From: Bugula neritina
Taxonomy: Eukaryota > Animalia > Bryozoa
Assembly (NCBI GenBank): GCA_964035545.1
Contig: OZ037767.1
Span: 7,022,707 to 7,086,706, forward strand
Length of the DNA: 64,000 bases
Direction of reading: 5' to 3'
Of the stretch, positions 14,901 through 26,533 are shown piece after piece. A program made the translations under genes and the position numbers. Under the pieces are notes generated by a model. It was not told the DNA's origin. It searched no databases and saw nothing but the letters and a program-made list of their open reading frames with translations. How positions within the stretch are numbered: the stretch's first letter is position 1; each line of letters begins with the position of its first letter.

Positions 14901-17900
14901 CAAGCAGAATTTAAACCAATAGATGACTCGAGCTATTCCTCTAGCCTTCAAACTATGCTTACTGATATACTTAACAAAGACCCTGTACACCGTCCCTCAG
15001 CAGCTGACATGTTCCAGTATGAATGCATGCAGAAACATGCCAAGTATGTTTCTTGTCACCCTTATTTTATATAAAAATTTTCACATAGCTATTGCCGGCT
15101 GCTGCTCTAGTGTGTTTTGGATTATGTAGTAGCAGTTGTCAGCCCCTGAGAAATTACATTATAATGAAATATAGAGTTGGTATAAATAATGTGAGAAGTC
15201 ATTGAAAGCTCAAATATACCAACAAACTGACAGTTGAGTTGAAGTTGTTATGTAAGCTAGGTTTATGTTTCTGTTGCATATTTGAACTGCACTCAGCTTG
15301 TTTATATAATATTATATACACGTTGCTGTATTCTATACAACTAGTATTGATTTGATTTTTAATCCATGTGTTGTATTTGTTTAGAAAGTAGTGGATGTAT
15401 TTTAGAAAGGGTTACTGTTTTAATTTTTAAGCATTCCAAATTTTAAATCTCACAAGAAAATCATTTTCAAATAGTTACAAAGTTTAACTATTTTTAGTCC
15501 AGTTTTGCTAGTAATAAGAAGTTGGAAAACATTCATTTAGTAGCATATAATATAACAAAAACATTCGGCACTTAACCATTCACAACCCTGCATTCATCTG
15601 GTCACTGCGGTGTTATTCAAAAGGCCTTAGCTGTGTTTGGATAAGCTGTGAGGTCAGCACATTGTGTGTTACGCTGCCGCTACTGCTGCTGTACTTGTAG
15701 GGAAATTGAGTCATGTGTGTGGAAGTTGAACGCTTCTACTCGCTTAGCTCGACTCTCATCAATGGCTGTTGAATCTCAGCCAATTGTAGTATCACAGTCT
15801 ACTGAAGTAAGTTTCTCACATCTCTTTCTGTCTGTCTATTCGTTGAGTTTAGTTTGATACACTAATATTCTATTAGTTTACTATTATAATCATTTCTGCA
15901 TAAACTATTTTATCTAGTAGTATAAAAGATATTATTTTCACTATTTTTATTTGCGTTCAGTAATTTTAAAGAGTTTCTTCATCAGATTCTATAATTTTGC
16001 TGGTTTTATATAGAGTAGTACACAGCAAGTTGTCTTGCTTATTTATTGTGTATACATTATTTACCTTCGCAATGTTTTGTTGGCTTAGCAATTGAAATAA
16101 GCTTGACTCACCGATCTTTTCAGTATATAATAGGTACAGTTATCTTGTGTTACAGATTTACTCTCACACATGTTGTTGTTTACAGTTCTCTAATGTTTAT
16201 ACTTATTTAAAAACTTGACTAATTTGTTGGTAAACAATATTTTTAATTTAACATTTAAAACAAATTTTACTATTTGTAAGCTTTAAAATTAAAAAAATAA
16301 TTAAGTGCTCATTATTAGTTACTTTAGCTATACAGCAAAGTCCTATTTGTTTAGGTGTTTGTTTGGGGCGGTGGAAAAGTCACCCCTAGAATCATAGATG
16401 TGTTTAAAGATGACAAGGCTGCAGCTCAAATTTCCTGCAGCAAGAATCATTACGCTGTTGTAACAGTAGAGAAGGAGCTGTTCACATGGACTGTGAGTTA
16501 AATTTTTTATTTACCCATCATTATTGTATTCAGGAATCATATTGTTTGTTTTATATTTTGTAAACTGCTCTATTCAATTATTGGTTATTGGTGGAGTTAC
16601 TATTTCACTAAAGTTTAAAAATAAAAGAATGTTTTGGTGTATTATAGAGTTCTCATGGCCAGTCATCCATGGTAGGTCAGCTAGGTCACGGCGATGTGGC
16701 AGCGTATAAAAACCCTAAGAAGGTGGAGTCACTGGAAGGAATACCAGTTAAGCAAGTGGCTTGTGGCGAAGAGTTTACAATATGTCTGGCAGGTAAGCCA
16801 GTTGTTCCCAACTACACATAATCTTGAGAACTCAGTACTGTAATAGAATAGCCCGGACACTGATACCACTTGTTTCTTATGCCATGCTACCTGCAGTAGA
16901 GTGTCACATAAGCCATTCCACTAATGAATTTTAGATTTATAATATACTATTTAAATAGCTAAATTATATCCAGTTATCAAGGGTTTTAGTGAAAATAGTA
17001 GCTATGGTGATGATGCCGACAGTATAATTAGAAATTGTGCTAATTTTTCAAGCTACTGTACTATTTACAAATAACATTATTGGATTCTTTTGATTGAAAT
17101 TAATTTTGTTATGTCAATCGGATAAATAGTTAACAAGAGCATAGGGTTTCTAATTGCAAATAGCGTTTGACTGTCAAAACTGTACAAAAGAAATGTGTAA
17201 TTTATGATTAGAGTATTTTGTAACTTTTATTGTAAGTGATTTGTAGTTCAAGAAGCAGTTTATTAAGGTGCAGTAGTGGAGAAATTTCAAAGGCCCAAGT
17301 TCTTCAATTTTTTTTAAATTTCAGCCTAAAATGCGGGTTGAAATTCTTAAAAAATCACATTATAAGCTTTTCTCATTTTCTTCATTAAGTAGTCGAGATG
17401 AACGGAGAAGTAAAGGTTTACCAGCTTGCCATGATTGCGTGTAACTATTTTTGGTATGATTGACAATGCGGTCATACTGTATGCCTCAATTCAGTCACAC
17501 TTCTGCTCATTGATCAGCTTCATTATATTAGTACACAATGTTTCAGTATAATATATACTTAATCGTGTAATATACACTTAATGGTTTAGGATGTTGCCTC
17601 CATGTTTAAGTGTTTAGTTTATATAGATTTATTGGTTAACATACAATGAACAACCTTACAGTGTATCAGCGATATATAATAGTAGTAAATTAAAATAGCT
17701 AATGTATTTTGTGCTATTCACCTTGTTATAATAAATTCCAATTGTATTAAGATTTGTTTTGTATTATAAGGGTGTATGATTTATAGGCTAGATTATTGTG
17801 AAATGTAGATATGATGATAATTTTTCTATTAATAGAATTCCTGATACCAGGTCAGAAAAGTATTGAACTATTGTTAAAAAATAATTGTTTTTGCCAAATT

Positions 17901-20900
17901 CAATTGTTATAGCAAACAGTTTGACCTTTGCAGATGATGGGACACTATACTCTTTTGGTGGTGATTATTATGGGTGTCTTGCTCAAGACACTGAAGAACA
18001 GGTGCTTTCACCTACTCCCATCACTCAGTTTGATTACACGATTAGTCAAGTGTCAACAGGTGATTGCCATGTAGTTGTGTTGACACAGTGTGGGAAAGTG
18101 TTTTCATGGGGATGTGGAGAATTTGGTGAGTATGGCATGACAGCCTTTAACCTTACCACATCCTGTTTTATCAGCAATCTTACTTCATACCTGCTAGAGT
18201 TCAAGGTCAATGTTTTTGCACATTTATATCCTTATTTCCCAAATATTGGCTTAAGCACATTTTTACAATAGTAAACAATTGTTTGTGATGTTACATGCAA
18301 TACTAATAAAAGATTGTATCTAAACATTGGTTGGCTCTTTAACCACTTAGTATAGTTTTTTGATAACATATAATTTTTTTTGGCTTGAGCACATGTTTGA
18401 CCATAATAAACAAACTTATTGCTTTTATAATAGATTATCTTTTTTAATGTTGCGTGCAAGGTTAATAAAAGATCTTGGTTTACTTGTTAACCTCTCAGTA
18501 TAGTAATTGATAAAAAATATAATTTTCTTCTCTAATGAAAAGGTCGACTAGGAAATGGAAACGAAGACGACAGCTCAGTGCCTCAGCTAGTGACGCTGCC
18601 GGTAAAGCAGCGCATAGAGTCTGTTGCTGCCGGCCCAGACTGCACTTTCCTCATCACTAGTTCTGGTAAACTCTTAGCGTGTGGTAACAACGAGCACAAC
18701 AAACTTGGTCTGAACAGTGAAATCCGTGGGATAACAAAAAGGAAGGCAAAAGTGAGTGAGATACACTCATTCCCTATATACATCTCCTGTTTTTACAATT
18801 GGAAATATACAGGTTAAAAATGTGTTTTATAAAAAGATAAACTGGAAGTTTCATATTCAAACTAACTTAAAATTTGGGTTAAAACTGATGAATTTTTTTG
18901 CCTAGTATGTATTTAATACGTTGAACTAATTTTGACAGTGAAATATGTCAAACAGGAAGCATCTACTTGACTTTTCTCAGCTAATTTAGAAAAAAAATGG
19001 TACTTCTTACCATGTACTAAAAAAGTTTAGTACATGGTACGAAGATAATATAATTCTGATACAGGTGTGTTATGACACTCCTTGTCAACATAGTATGGCC
19101 GTAGTGAAGCATCTCAGAAACAACAGGATTACCCAGATCAGCTCAGGTCCCACCCACACTGCTGTCATTACAAGTAGGATTCATGTTTCCTGTTATCTAT
19201 AAATACTTTTATTCTATATTGTTTTAGATCAATGATGTAAGAACATGCCTTGGTAATTCTGAAAAGTTTCATCTTTATACATATTATTATTACGCATGTT
19301 TAGGCATGTTATCCTTTGACATATTATAACCTGTTTGAACATGTCACCTAAAAGCACATGTTCACACTTGATGTGTCACCTGCAGACTTTGGTCAGCTGC
19401 TAACATTTGGGAATAACAAGTATGGCCAGCTGGGTTTAGGAGACTTTAGGGAGCACCCAGGTATTAACCTCGTCAGTGGGGTGCTCGCTGGCAGGAAGGT
19501 CACCCAGGTGGCATGTGGAGATAACTTTACTGTCATAGCTACTGATGGTGAGTATAATATCTATTGTTAACTCAGTTTAGTAGCATATTTTGATTTTAAG
19601 TGTTGATACAACCCTTTATACTAACTACTAACTTTGTAATCGTGGAGTATTATGTTGTAACCCTAACGTAATACTAGTTAGTTTGCAAGTAAGAAAATAC
19701 TTACGCATCTGTGGATAACAAACTGCTGCTCAATAATAACCAATGATATTTACAGTTTTTTAATCATTTAAATATCATCAATTATTTTTGACCAAACAAA
19801 GATATCTTTGGTATCGTTCTAGTAAATGAAATTGCACCATTTATTCTAGTATATTTTCTGTTCTATTCCCTCTGCTATTGAGTGAGTTAAACATTTTAGA
19901 TTTACTAGTCGATTTTATTTTTAGACAACCAAGTATTTGCGTGTGGAAGTTGCAAAGATGGTCGTCTCGGAATAGCCGTATGTACACAGAACATAGCTCT
20001 GCCACGACCTATATTTGGATCTCTACACGCCGTTCCCAGCATCTGCAGTTCTTATTGGGGCACCATTTTAGTTGCAGGTCAGCATTGCTGTCAACTGTCC
20101 TTGCCACCTGCTGCCTGATAGTTGTTGTGTTAGACAGGCTCAATTTATTTGCTATTAAACTTAAAACTCAGCAAGAAATTATTTGATCTCCATAAAGAAG
20201 TAGTAAAAGAGAAATTTCAATAGGCTAAGTTTTTTAATTTCTTTTTATAAAATTTGATTTGAAGTGTAGATTGAAATTCTTTTGAGAACATAACTTCCTC
20301 TGCTTTATTTTTAATCTAAAACACATACCTTTCTCCATTACTCCTTTATTGCACTTACCTCACTATTTGATACATTATTTGCCTATATGTAGATAATTTA
20401 TCATCTATGTAGTTTGAGTTTAGGCATATACTTGTATATGTGTATTTAGCATTTATCTGTGTTGCTGTAGCTACTCAATCTATCTGTTCTGTTTTCAGTA
20501 TAATGTTTGGTTGTAGATAAAGTATTGAGTCAGAAAACTATCAATAGTTCTGGTGCTACTAAGTCTTTGACATCTATACCAGGTTAGCATGTCGGGTATA
20601 TATATAACATTTCTCTGGTTACAGCTTGTATCTGCTGCTTGAAAGTCTCGCTGCATACTTAAATCTTTCAACTGTGTGTCTGCTGGGAACATAAGGTTAA
20701 AATAATTATTTAACTTTTGCTAAACTGCAATATAGAGACCTGATTTTGTTGACACGAATGTACTTGAAGCCTTAGTAAAACTTTGAAGTACAATGTGTAT
20801 GGCTAGAAACTGAGTAATGTGAAAAGTTGTAGTAAATATATTTAAAAATGGAAAATAAGCCGTCAGTTATATACCTGTATCTATCTTATTGTAAGACTAT

Positions 20901-22616
20901 TAGTATTATAATTATACAGAGTTGTCTTCTCTAATATGTTATACGGAGTTGTCTCACTAATTTGATCTGTTGATTCAGATGAAGACGAGCCCTTCTCTGG
21001 TGAAGAAGCTGCATCACCGACCTCTAGCACTTGCATGATGATGAGCTCTACACCAGCATGGGTTAAGCAGGTGATAAGTTATACAATTCGGAATTAGAGG
21101 TCATATGAGATTATCCCATTGTAATTCAAACTTACTGAGAAATTTTCTAAAAAATATCTAGTAAAATTATAACTAAATAATATTATTATGTTGAAAAACT
21201 ACTGATTTCAATTTATATTGGTTTTATATTTTTTCAATAACATAAAACAGGTGAGATTTCATTTAAAAAAATGTTTCTGTGTTTTAACTTTTATTAAATT
21301 AAAACTACATTAGTTTAAATTAGTGTGTTCTTGCATTAGGAATTCCAAGAGGCTGGTGCTTCTAACCTCCCAGTTCCATCCTTACCAGACATTCCAGGAC
21401 TCAAACTTGATCTCGGTTCACTAAAGGAGGCAACTTCTCCAACTGGGGAATTTCTGCCCAACAGTGAAAATGCTGACTCGGCAAGTGCTTTACTCACAAA
21501 ACCTACTTTGACTTTGAGTGCATGAAATAGGTTCTAATATAAACATTTAAGAAAATTTGTAAAAAGTTGTGAAACTCAAATATTCAGTCAGCCCAATTAA
21601 ACATTTATTATTAGCAGCTGATTGGTCAGTTTCATATGAATCATTTAAAAATGGATTTAGTTGTGATGTGAAACAGCATCCTATCTACAATTTAGTACTT
21701 CCTGATTGCATTAGTGCATATAGTGCATTTAAATTGGCTTCATATAGCGCTTACTTATGCTTATAATAGCTAATTCAGAGTTGCTGAATTTTTTTGTTGG
21801 ACAAACAAGTTGGTTGAAAGTTTCGAGATAAACCAAGGCTGTAGCTGTTTCTACATCACATTATTGAGATAACTTTATGGTTTATTGTCAACTACTGTTT
21901 ATGTCTTCTTGATATCTCATTTGGCAGATAATGTATGACATGAGCTCATCATTAATATCCATAGTCTTTTAGCATAGCTTGATAAAAAGTGTGAGGTTGT
22001 TTTTTTAGTGAATAGTACATTAACAAGATTTTTTAAAATAAATCCTTTCCAAAATTTTGAAGAGCAAATATTCAGATAAAAACAGGTATCTTGGGTAATA
22101 ACGTAGCTTAGCAGTAAACTTTCTGGTTTAAAAATTAGCTGAAATCATCTATAACTTCAATATGTTTAGTCGGTTTGTTTTACATTACTTGAACGTCAAT
22201 TGTGTTACCATCTATTTTTAACTTCTTTGTATTTATTATAAATTTAATTGAACTGGTATTTTAATTATAAGCATCATATAGTTTTCACATCCTGTTCTCT
22301 TCACTATTAATTGGGGAGCAAATTCACATAAATGGAATAACGGTTCTAATCTCATACAGCTACATTTTAGGTATCTGTCTCCAAGATTGAGGACTTTGTT
22401 GTTGATGATACTGATGCTAAGAACAACAACATTTCTGAGTCAACCGTGGAAATACTGGACAAGCTGACTGCTAGAGTAAAGTATCTAGAAAGTGAGAACT
22501 TGCGTCTCACGGCAGACAATACAAAACAGAAGAAAGTTATATTACAGTTGGTGACCAGACTGGAGGGCGTTGACCCTGAGTTTGAGAGTTGGAGCAGCTC
22601 TCAACAGTTAGCTTAG
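11929..22616 (+). CDS. NEK9: NIMA-related kinase 9 (kinase + RCC1-like repeats + C-terminal coiled coil), about 863 aa, 17 coding exons
   Basis: Exons 11929-12048, 12246-12423, 13363-13592, 14106-14237, 14871-15043, 15701-15806, 16355-16492, 16648-16792, 17934-18125, 18543-18751, 19065-19173, 19386-19547, 19925-20077, 20517-20582, 20979-21070, 21340-21480, 22371-22616; all phases match. [28 protein letters not shown] is NEK9-like; [20 protein letters not shown]; RCC1 repeats (GQLGHG, GRLGNG, GQLGLG). Confidence 0.93.
17263..17400 (+). mobile_element. Interspersed repeat, probable non-autonomous DNA transposon end (related copy at about 20193-20348)
   Basis: AAGGTGCAGTAGTGGAGAAATTTCAAAGGCCCAAGTT...GTTGAAATTCTT aligns by eye with 20193-20285. 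The second copy has imperfect terminal inverted repeats. Both copies lie in NEK9 introns. Confidence 0.5.
20193..20348. mobile_element. Short MITE-like copy of the 17263 repeat family
   Basis: Left end TAAAGAAGTAGTAAAAGAGAAA versus right end TTTCTCCATTACTCCTTTA (imperfect inverted repeat); internal similarity to 17263-17400. Confidence 0.45.
21481..22370 (+). other. GC-AG intron (last NEK9 intron)
   Basis: TCG|GCAAGT donor in phase 0 joins TTTTAG|GTATCT, which opens the coiled-coil exon. No convincing GT donor occurs before the in-frame stop at 21523-21525. Confidence 0.7.
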
Positions 22617-22732
22617 TGTTGAACTGTTGATAGTCAACAGTTAGCTTAGTGTTGAACTGTTGATAGTCAACAGTTAGCTTAGTGTTGAACTGTTGATAGT
22701 CAACAGCTAGCTTAGTGTTGAACTGTTGATAG
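22601..22732 (+). repeat. 4 x 33-bp tandem repeat with an internal 9-bp inverted repeat, overlapping the NEK9 stop codon
   Basis: Unit TCAACAGTTAGCTTAGTGTTGAACTGTTGATAG; copy 4 has one substitution. Confidence 0.95.
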
Positions 22733-23039
22733 TCAGTTTAGGTGCAGTACTAGAGTATAGCCTGTGTTATACTGATACACACAATAAGTTGATTAATCTT
22801 CGTAATCTGTACCGACTTATTCATATCGCTGAGGTATACATCAAATGATACGAAAAGTTTATATAAAGTATAATGTAATACATTCACCACTGACCCATGA
22901 TTCGAATGGATCTATACAGGGTGCCCACCCTTACTAATAGATTTGCATTAACACCTGTGGTTGTGGTTTCATTTGATTGACACTGTTCCCATGCATTAAA
23001 TAAAAAATCCATTCCCATAATCCGAAGCATCTGAACGAA

Positions 23040-23190
23040 CGTAGTGATTGTGTCAGCTCATGAATTTGAATCCTGGCAGAGCTATTGGTGTTGTTAGGAA
23101 AGGGATTTGATTATAATTGCTTCTGTGTTGCTTTAAGTCATGTGACCATCATCATTTTCTTAAGAACCCCATCATTAGGGCTCCTCAAAG
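23040..23190 (+). mobile_element. Diverged second copy of the SINE at 5923
   Basis: ATTTGAATCCTGGCAGAGCTATTGGTGTTGTTAGGAAAGGGATTTGATTATAATTGCTTCTGT aligns with 5971-6033. Confidence 0.6.
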
Positions 23191-24152
23191 AGATAGAGAG
23201 ACTTTGACTATTTATGGCTTATGTGTTCTAGATAAAAAGAATCTTTTTTCTATTTTTGTGATTTGTTTCTTTTATATATAATTTTATTTATTTTTCATTT
23301 AGTGCACTAGCTTTATTATTATTGTAATAATATTTAGGTCATAGATTTAACATTTCATATGTTGTATAAAAATAGAGTTTTTAACTGGTGTAAATAAACC
23401 CGAATGGAAGGATGTATAGTTATAAACTATGTTATTAAGGCAATTTTTTAATTTGATGTTGGAGTAGACAAATCCCAAACTATTTTTATATGATAAATTT
23501 TATATTCTGAGGATTTTAGCTACATTTTTTATCTTGCATGTGTACAATACTTTTATTGTTAAAACTTGCTTATATACTAAGTTTATTTTTTAAATATTTT
23601 TGGCATACTAATGTTGTATAAGTTTTAAACAAAATTTATCTAAATTCTAATAATACGCAAAAGAAGCACATGGGGCTTTGTGTTTGTGATATATTAAGCA
23701 CCTTTGATAAACCTCTTGTGCAAATCGAATGTCAATATTCATAACATATATCTAGCACGCTAACTAATTTTTACCAAAAAACTGTACAGCAAAGTTATAA
23801 ATTGTTAATCATCATGTAATTCCAAATGAGTTGGAGCTGCTATTATTCAAACTGCAAGTTTTCCAATAAAATCACTATTATGTAATTAATATGCAATGCT
23901 ACTGCTATATAACACATTTGCAAAAGCTTTAGAATGTTTGCAACTTGTATAACTAATAATATTTGCACAACTTTATTTCAACATTTGGTAAAAGTTGTAT
24001 GTTGCTGCAAAAACTTTCTATTATTTATTCATAGTATAATGATAATCATACGAAACGATCAAGTCATATGGTACTTATGAAAGTTTACCAAAAAATAGCT
24101 TCTACAATAGTTCATGTTGTATTTTAGGAGTTGTCTTAACATTAAATACTCC

Positions 24153-24297
24153 ATTGGATCAAAAATTAGTTAGCAGGCAGTCACCCAATGACGATACACA
24201 TAGCTTTAGGCCAATGCGGTTTAGCGAATAAGAAATAAACCATCCAATCACTGATTTGTTTCTCCTCTGCCATAAACTGCATAGAGATCGCTTCAAA
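24153..24297 (+). promoter_or_regulatory. Cluster of four CCAAT boxes plus a CHR-like TTCAAA upstream of the ATG at 24298
   Basis: ATTGG 24153, CCAAT 24185, 24211 and 24244; TTCAAA 24292-24297. Confidence 0.55.
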
Positions 24298-25519
24298 ATG
24301 GCAGGAGAATGCCTTAGTTACGGTGCCTTTGGAGCTTATAGCACGTTATATGGAAGAAGCAATACGTTTTCGTCAGATTCACAGCATCAACAGCGTAGAA
24401 ACAGACGTGTTGATAGCTGGAAGAATTATTTATCAGATGGTAGAAGATATAAAACACCAACCGAGGAAATCGAAGCTAGGACTGGAAGTTCCCCTACAAA
24501 TAACAAAGATGACAATCATTATGATCACGTAGCCCATGCTGGATTACAAGGTATCTAATGAAATTAAGTTTTATATTTTAATTATTAATTTCAATTTAAT
24601 TGTTTGACTATTTTTAGTTTATTTTTATCACAAAAACCTAATGTATGTTATCAATTTTTATCAACATTTTCTATTGGAACTGTTTATCTAAAATACAATC
24701 AATAAAGTTATTGGCATTAAACAGTCTAAAGGTTTGAAAGTTGAAAATTTTGTTTAAGAAAATTGAAAATTATTTTTTTATTAATCAATTGTTACGTGCA
24801 TTTAAACTCACAGATTTTAATCCTGAAGTCACTTGGGTCGTTAAGCGATACATGCCCCTGGATGAAAGAACTTATGCACCAGTGCCTAGACATAAATATA
24901 TTTTGAGACCTAGCGGTGTTCCACCACCTCCACAATGGATTCCACCAAAAGCTGATAGTTTCCCTGAAGGAGTGAAGTTTTCACGACTTCGAGCAGAGCG
25001 ACAATCATACAGGTTTGAACAATTTTTCTGTTGTAGTGGCTTCACAAAGTAAATATTAAATTATTGTGTAGGTACATTTTGATTGTGCAAGATTGGCACT
25101 AATAAACTGTATTTTTAACATATTGACTTCAGCTCTGCACCTTACACAAGAGATGAAAAATGGTCCACACTTCGAGAGATGCTTCCATCTTCAGGCAGGG
25201 CAATTAGAACGCATGCTCCTAATTGGAGTACTAAACCTAGCACAGCTCCACCTATGACTAACACTGTTCAATCTCGCTTTCCTATCGTGGAAAGTCCTAT
25301 GTCACGGTATGCTTTACATCCTTGTACAGTAATTCCTCATTGAATATTATATATCTACAAAAATTTTGTTAAATATAAATAAAATAAAAAAAGGATTACT
25401 CAGATGAAAATCAATGTTGCATCAAAACATTTTTGCAGTATTGTAGTTTTAGTTTCACTGTTTGTTTCAGATTTGTGGCCGACATGCACCTTACAAACCG
25501 AGAGTTCAAGTTGTTCTAG
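24298..25519 (+). CDS. Uncharacterised 224-aa Pro/Arg-rich protein with a TEX49/SPMIP11-like C-terminal motif (4 coding exons)
   Basis: Exons 24298-24550, 24814-25012, 25133-25306, 25471-25519; GT-AG introns with matching phases. Ends RFPIVESPMSRFVADMHLTNREFKLF*. The family call is from recalled similarity only. Confidence 0.8.
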
Positions 25520-26533
25520 TGCCAACATCACTTCCCTTACACAGCTTTCTATTAAGTGGGATGCTATTAAATAATTGTGTTTATTTCCACTTGCTCACAC
25601 GCTATCCCTAGTCCTATTCATTGCTCAATACTACTGCATCTTCCTATAAACTATAATGCTATTATTTGTCTGCCATTGCATACAAATTTCATTTTAACAT
25701 GCTAGATAAGCACTTTAGGAAAAAGAGAAGATGAGAATGAGATTAACTAGTACTAATTAGTGGTACTGTAAGATAATAGGCTTTTTGCTATAGTCACCTA
25801 CTATGCTATATGCTTTTAAAAAGGTATCACAACATTTATATTATTCTGTTCCTCTGAATTTGTGATGCTGTTTAATTTTCTAAAATAAATATATAGCTAG
25901 TAAACAAACTGAGTGTTTTGATTGTGTAGTGCTTTGGCTGAGACAGTGACTAGACAAGAACAAACATTATACTTGTATTCTGGTAAAGAAATTCAAAATA
26001 TGATATTAACAGTTAGCTATAACATTACTTGTTCATGCCTAAATATATTAAATGGGGAGTAAGCATAGAAGTTTATATACAATTTCATAAAATTCCTTTC
26101 ACTTTTGGTAGAGAGTTGCTCAATCAAATAGCAATAGATATATTTTAGATTTTTAGAAAAGGATGGACACAAAATGTCAATAAATTAAAGATAATATGCT
26201 TCATATGCAAAATTCCAATAAACTTTTCTTTGCTGCGTAAATTAGGATAATTAACACACCTTTCAAATGTGGAAAAAATACAAACCACATGAAAACTATA
26301 ACATGTAAAGATTTCTTAAGCATTACACAACGCTTTTGAGATCAACATAAAAAATTAGTATTTGTATCTCTAGATATCTTAAGTATAAATAAATGAAAAT
26401 ATAAAATAAATTATTAAAATATAATCTCAATGACTAGATGCTGAAAATTTGACTATAGAGCAGACTCACAAAAAGTTCCTTTCAATGATTGTAAAAAGTG
26501 CATTCGTTCAATCACATGTTCTGTCGACTTTAA

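Noticed and set aside
22601-22732. CRISPR-like palindromic 33-bp repeats; stop-codon readthrough of NEK9
   Set aside because: There are no spacers, no cas genes and the context is eukaryotic. The TAG is followed one codon later by TGA, so readthrough would add nothing.
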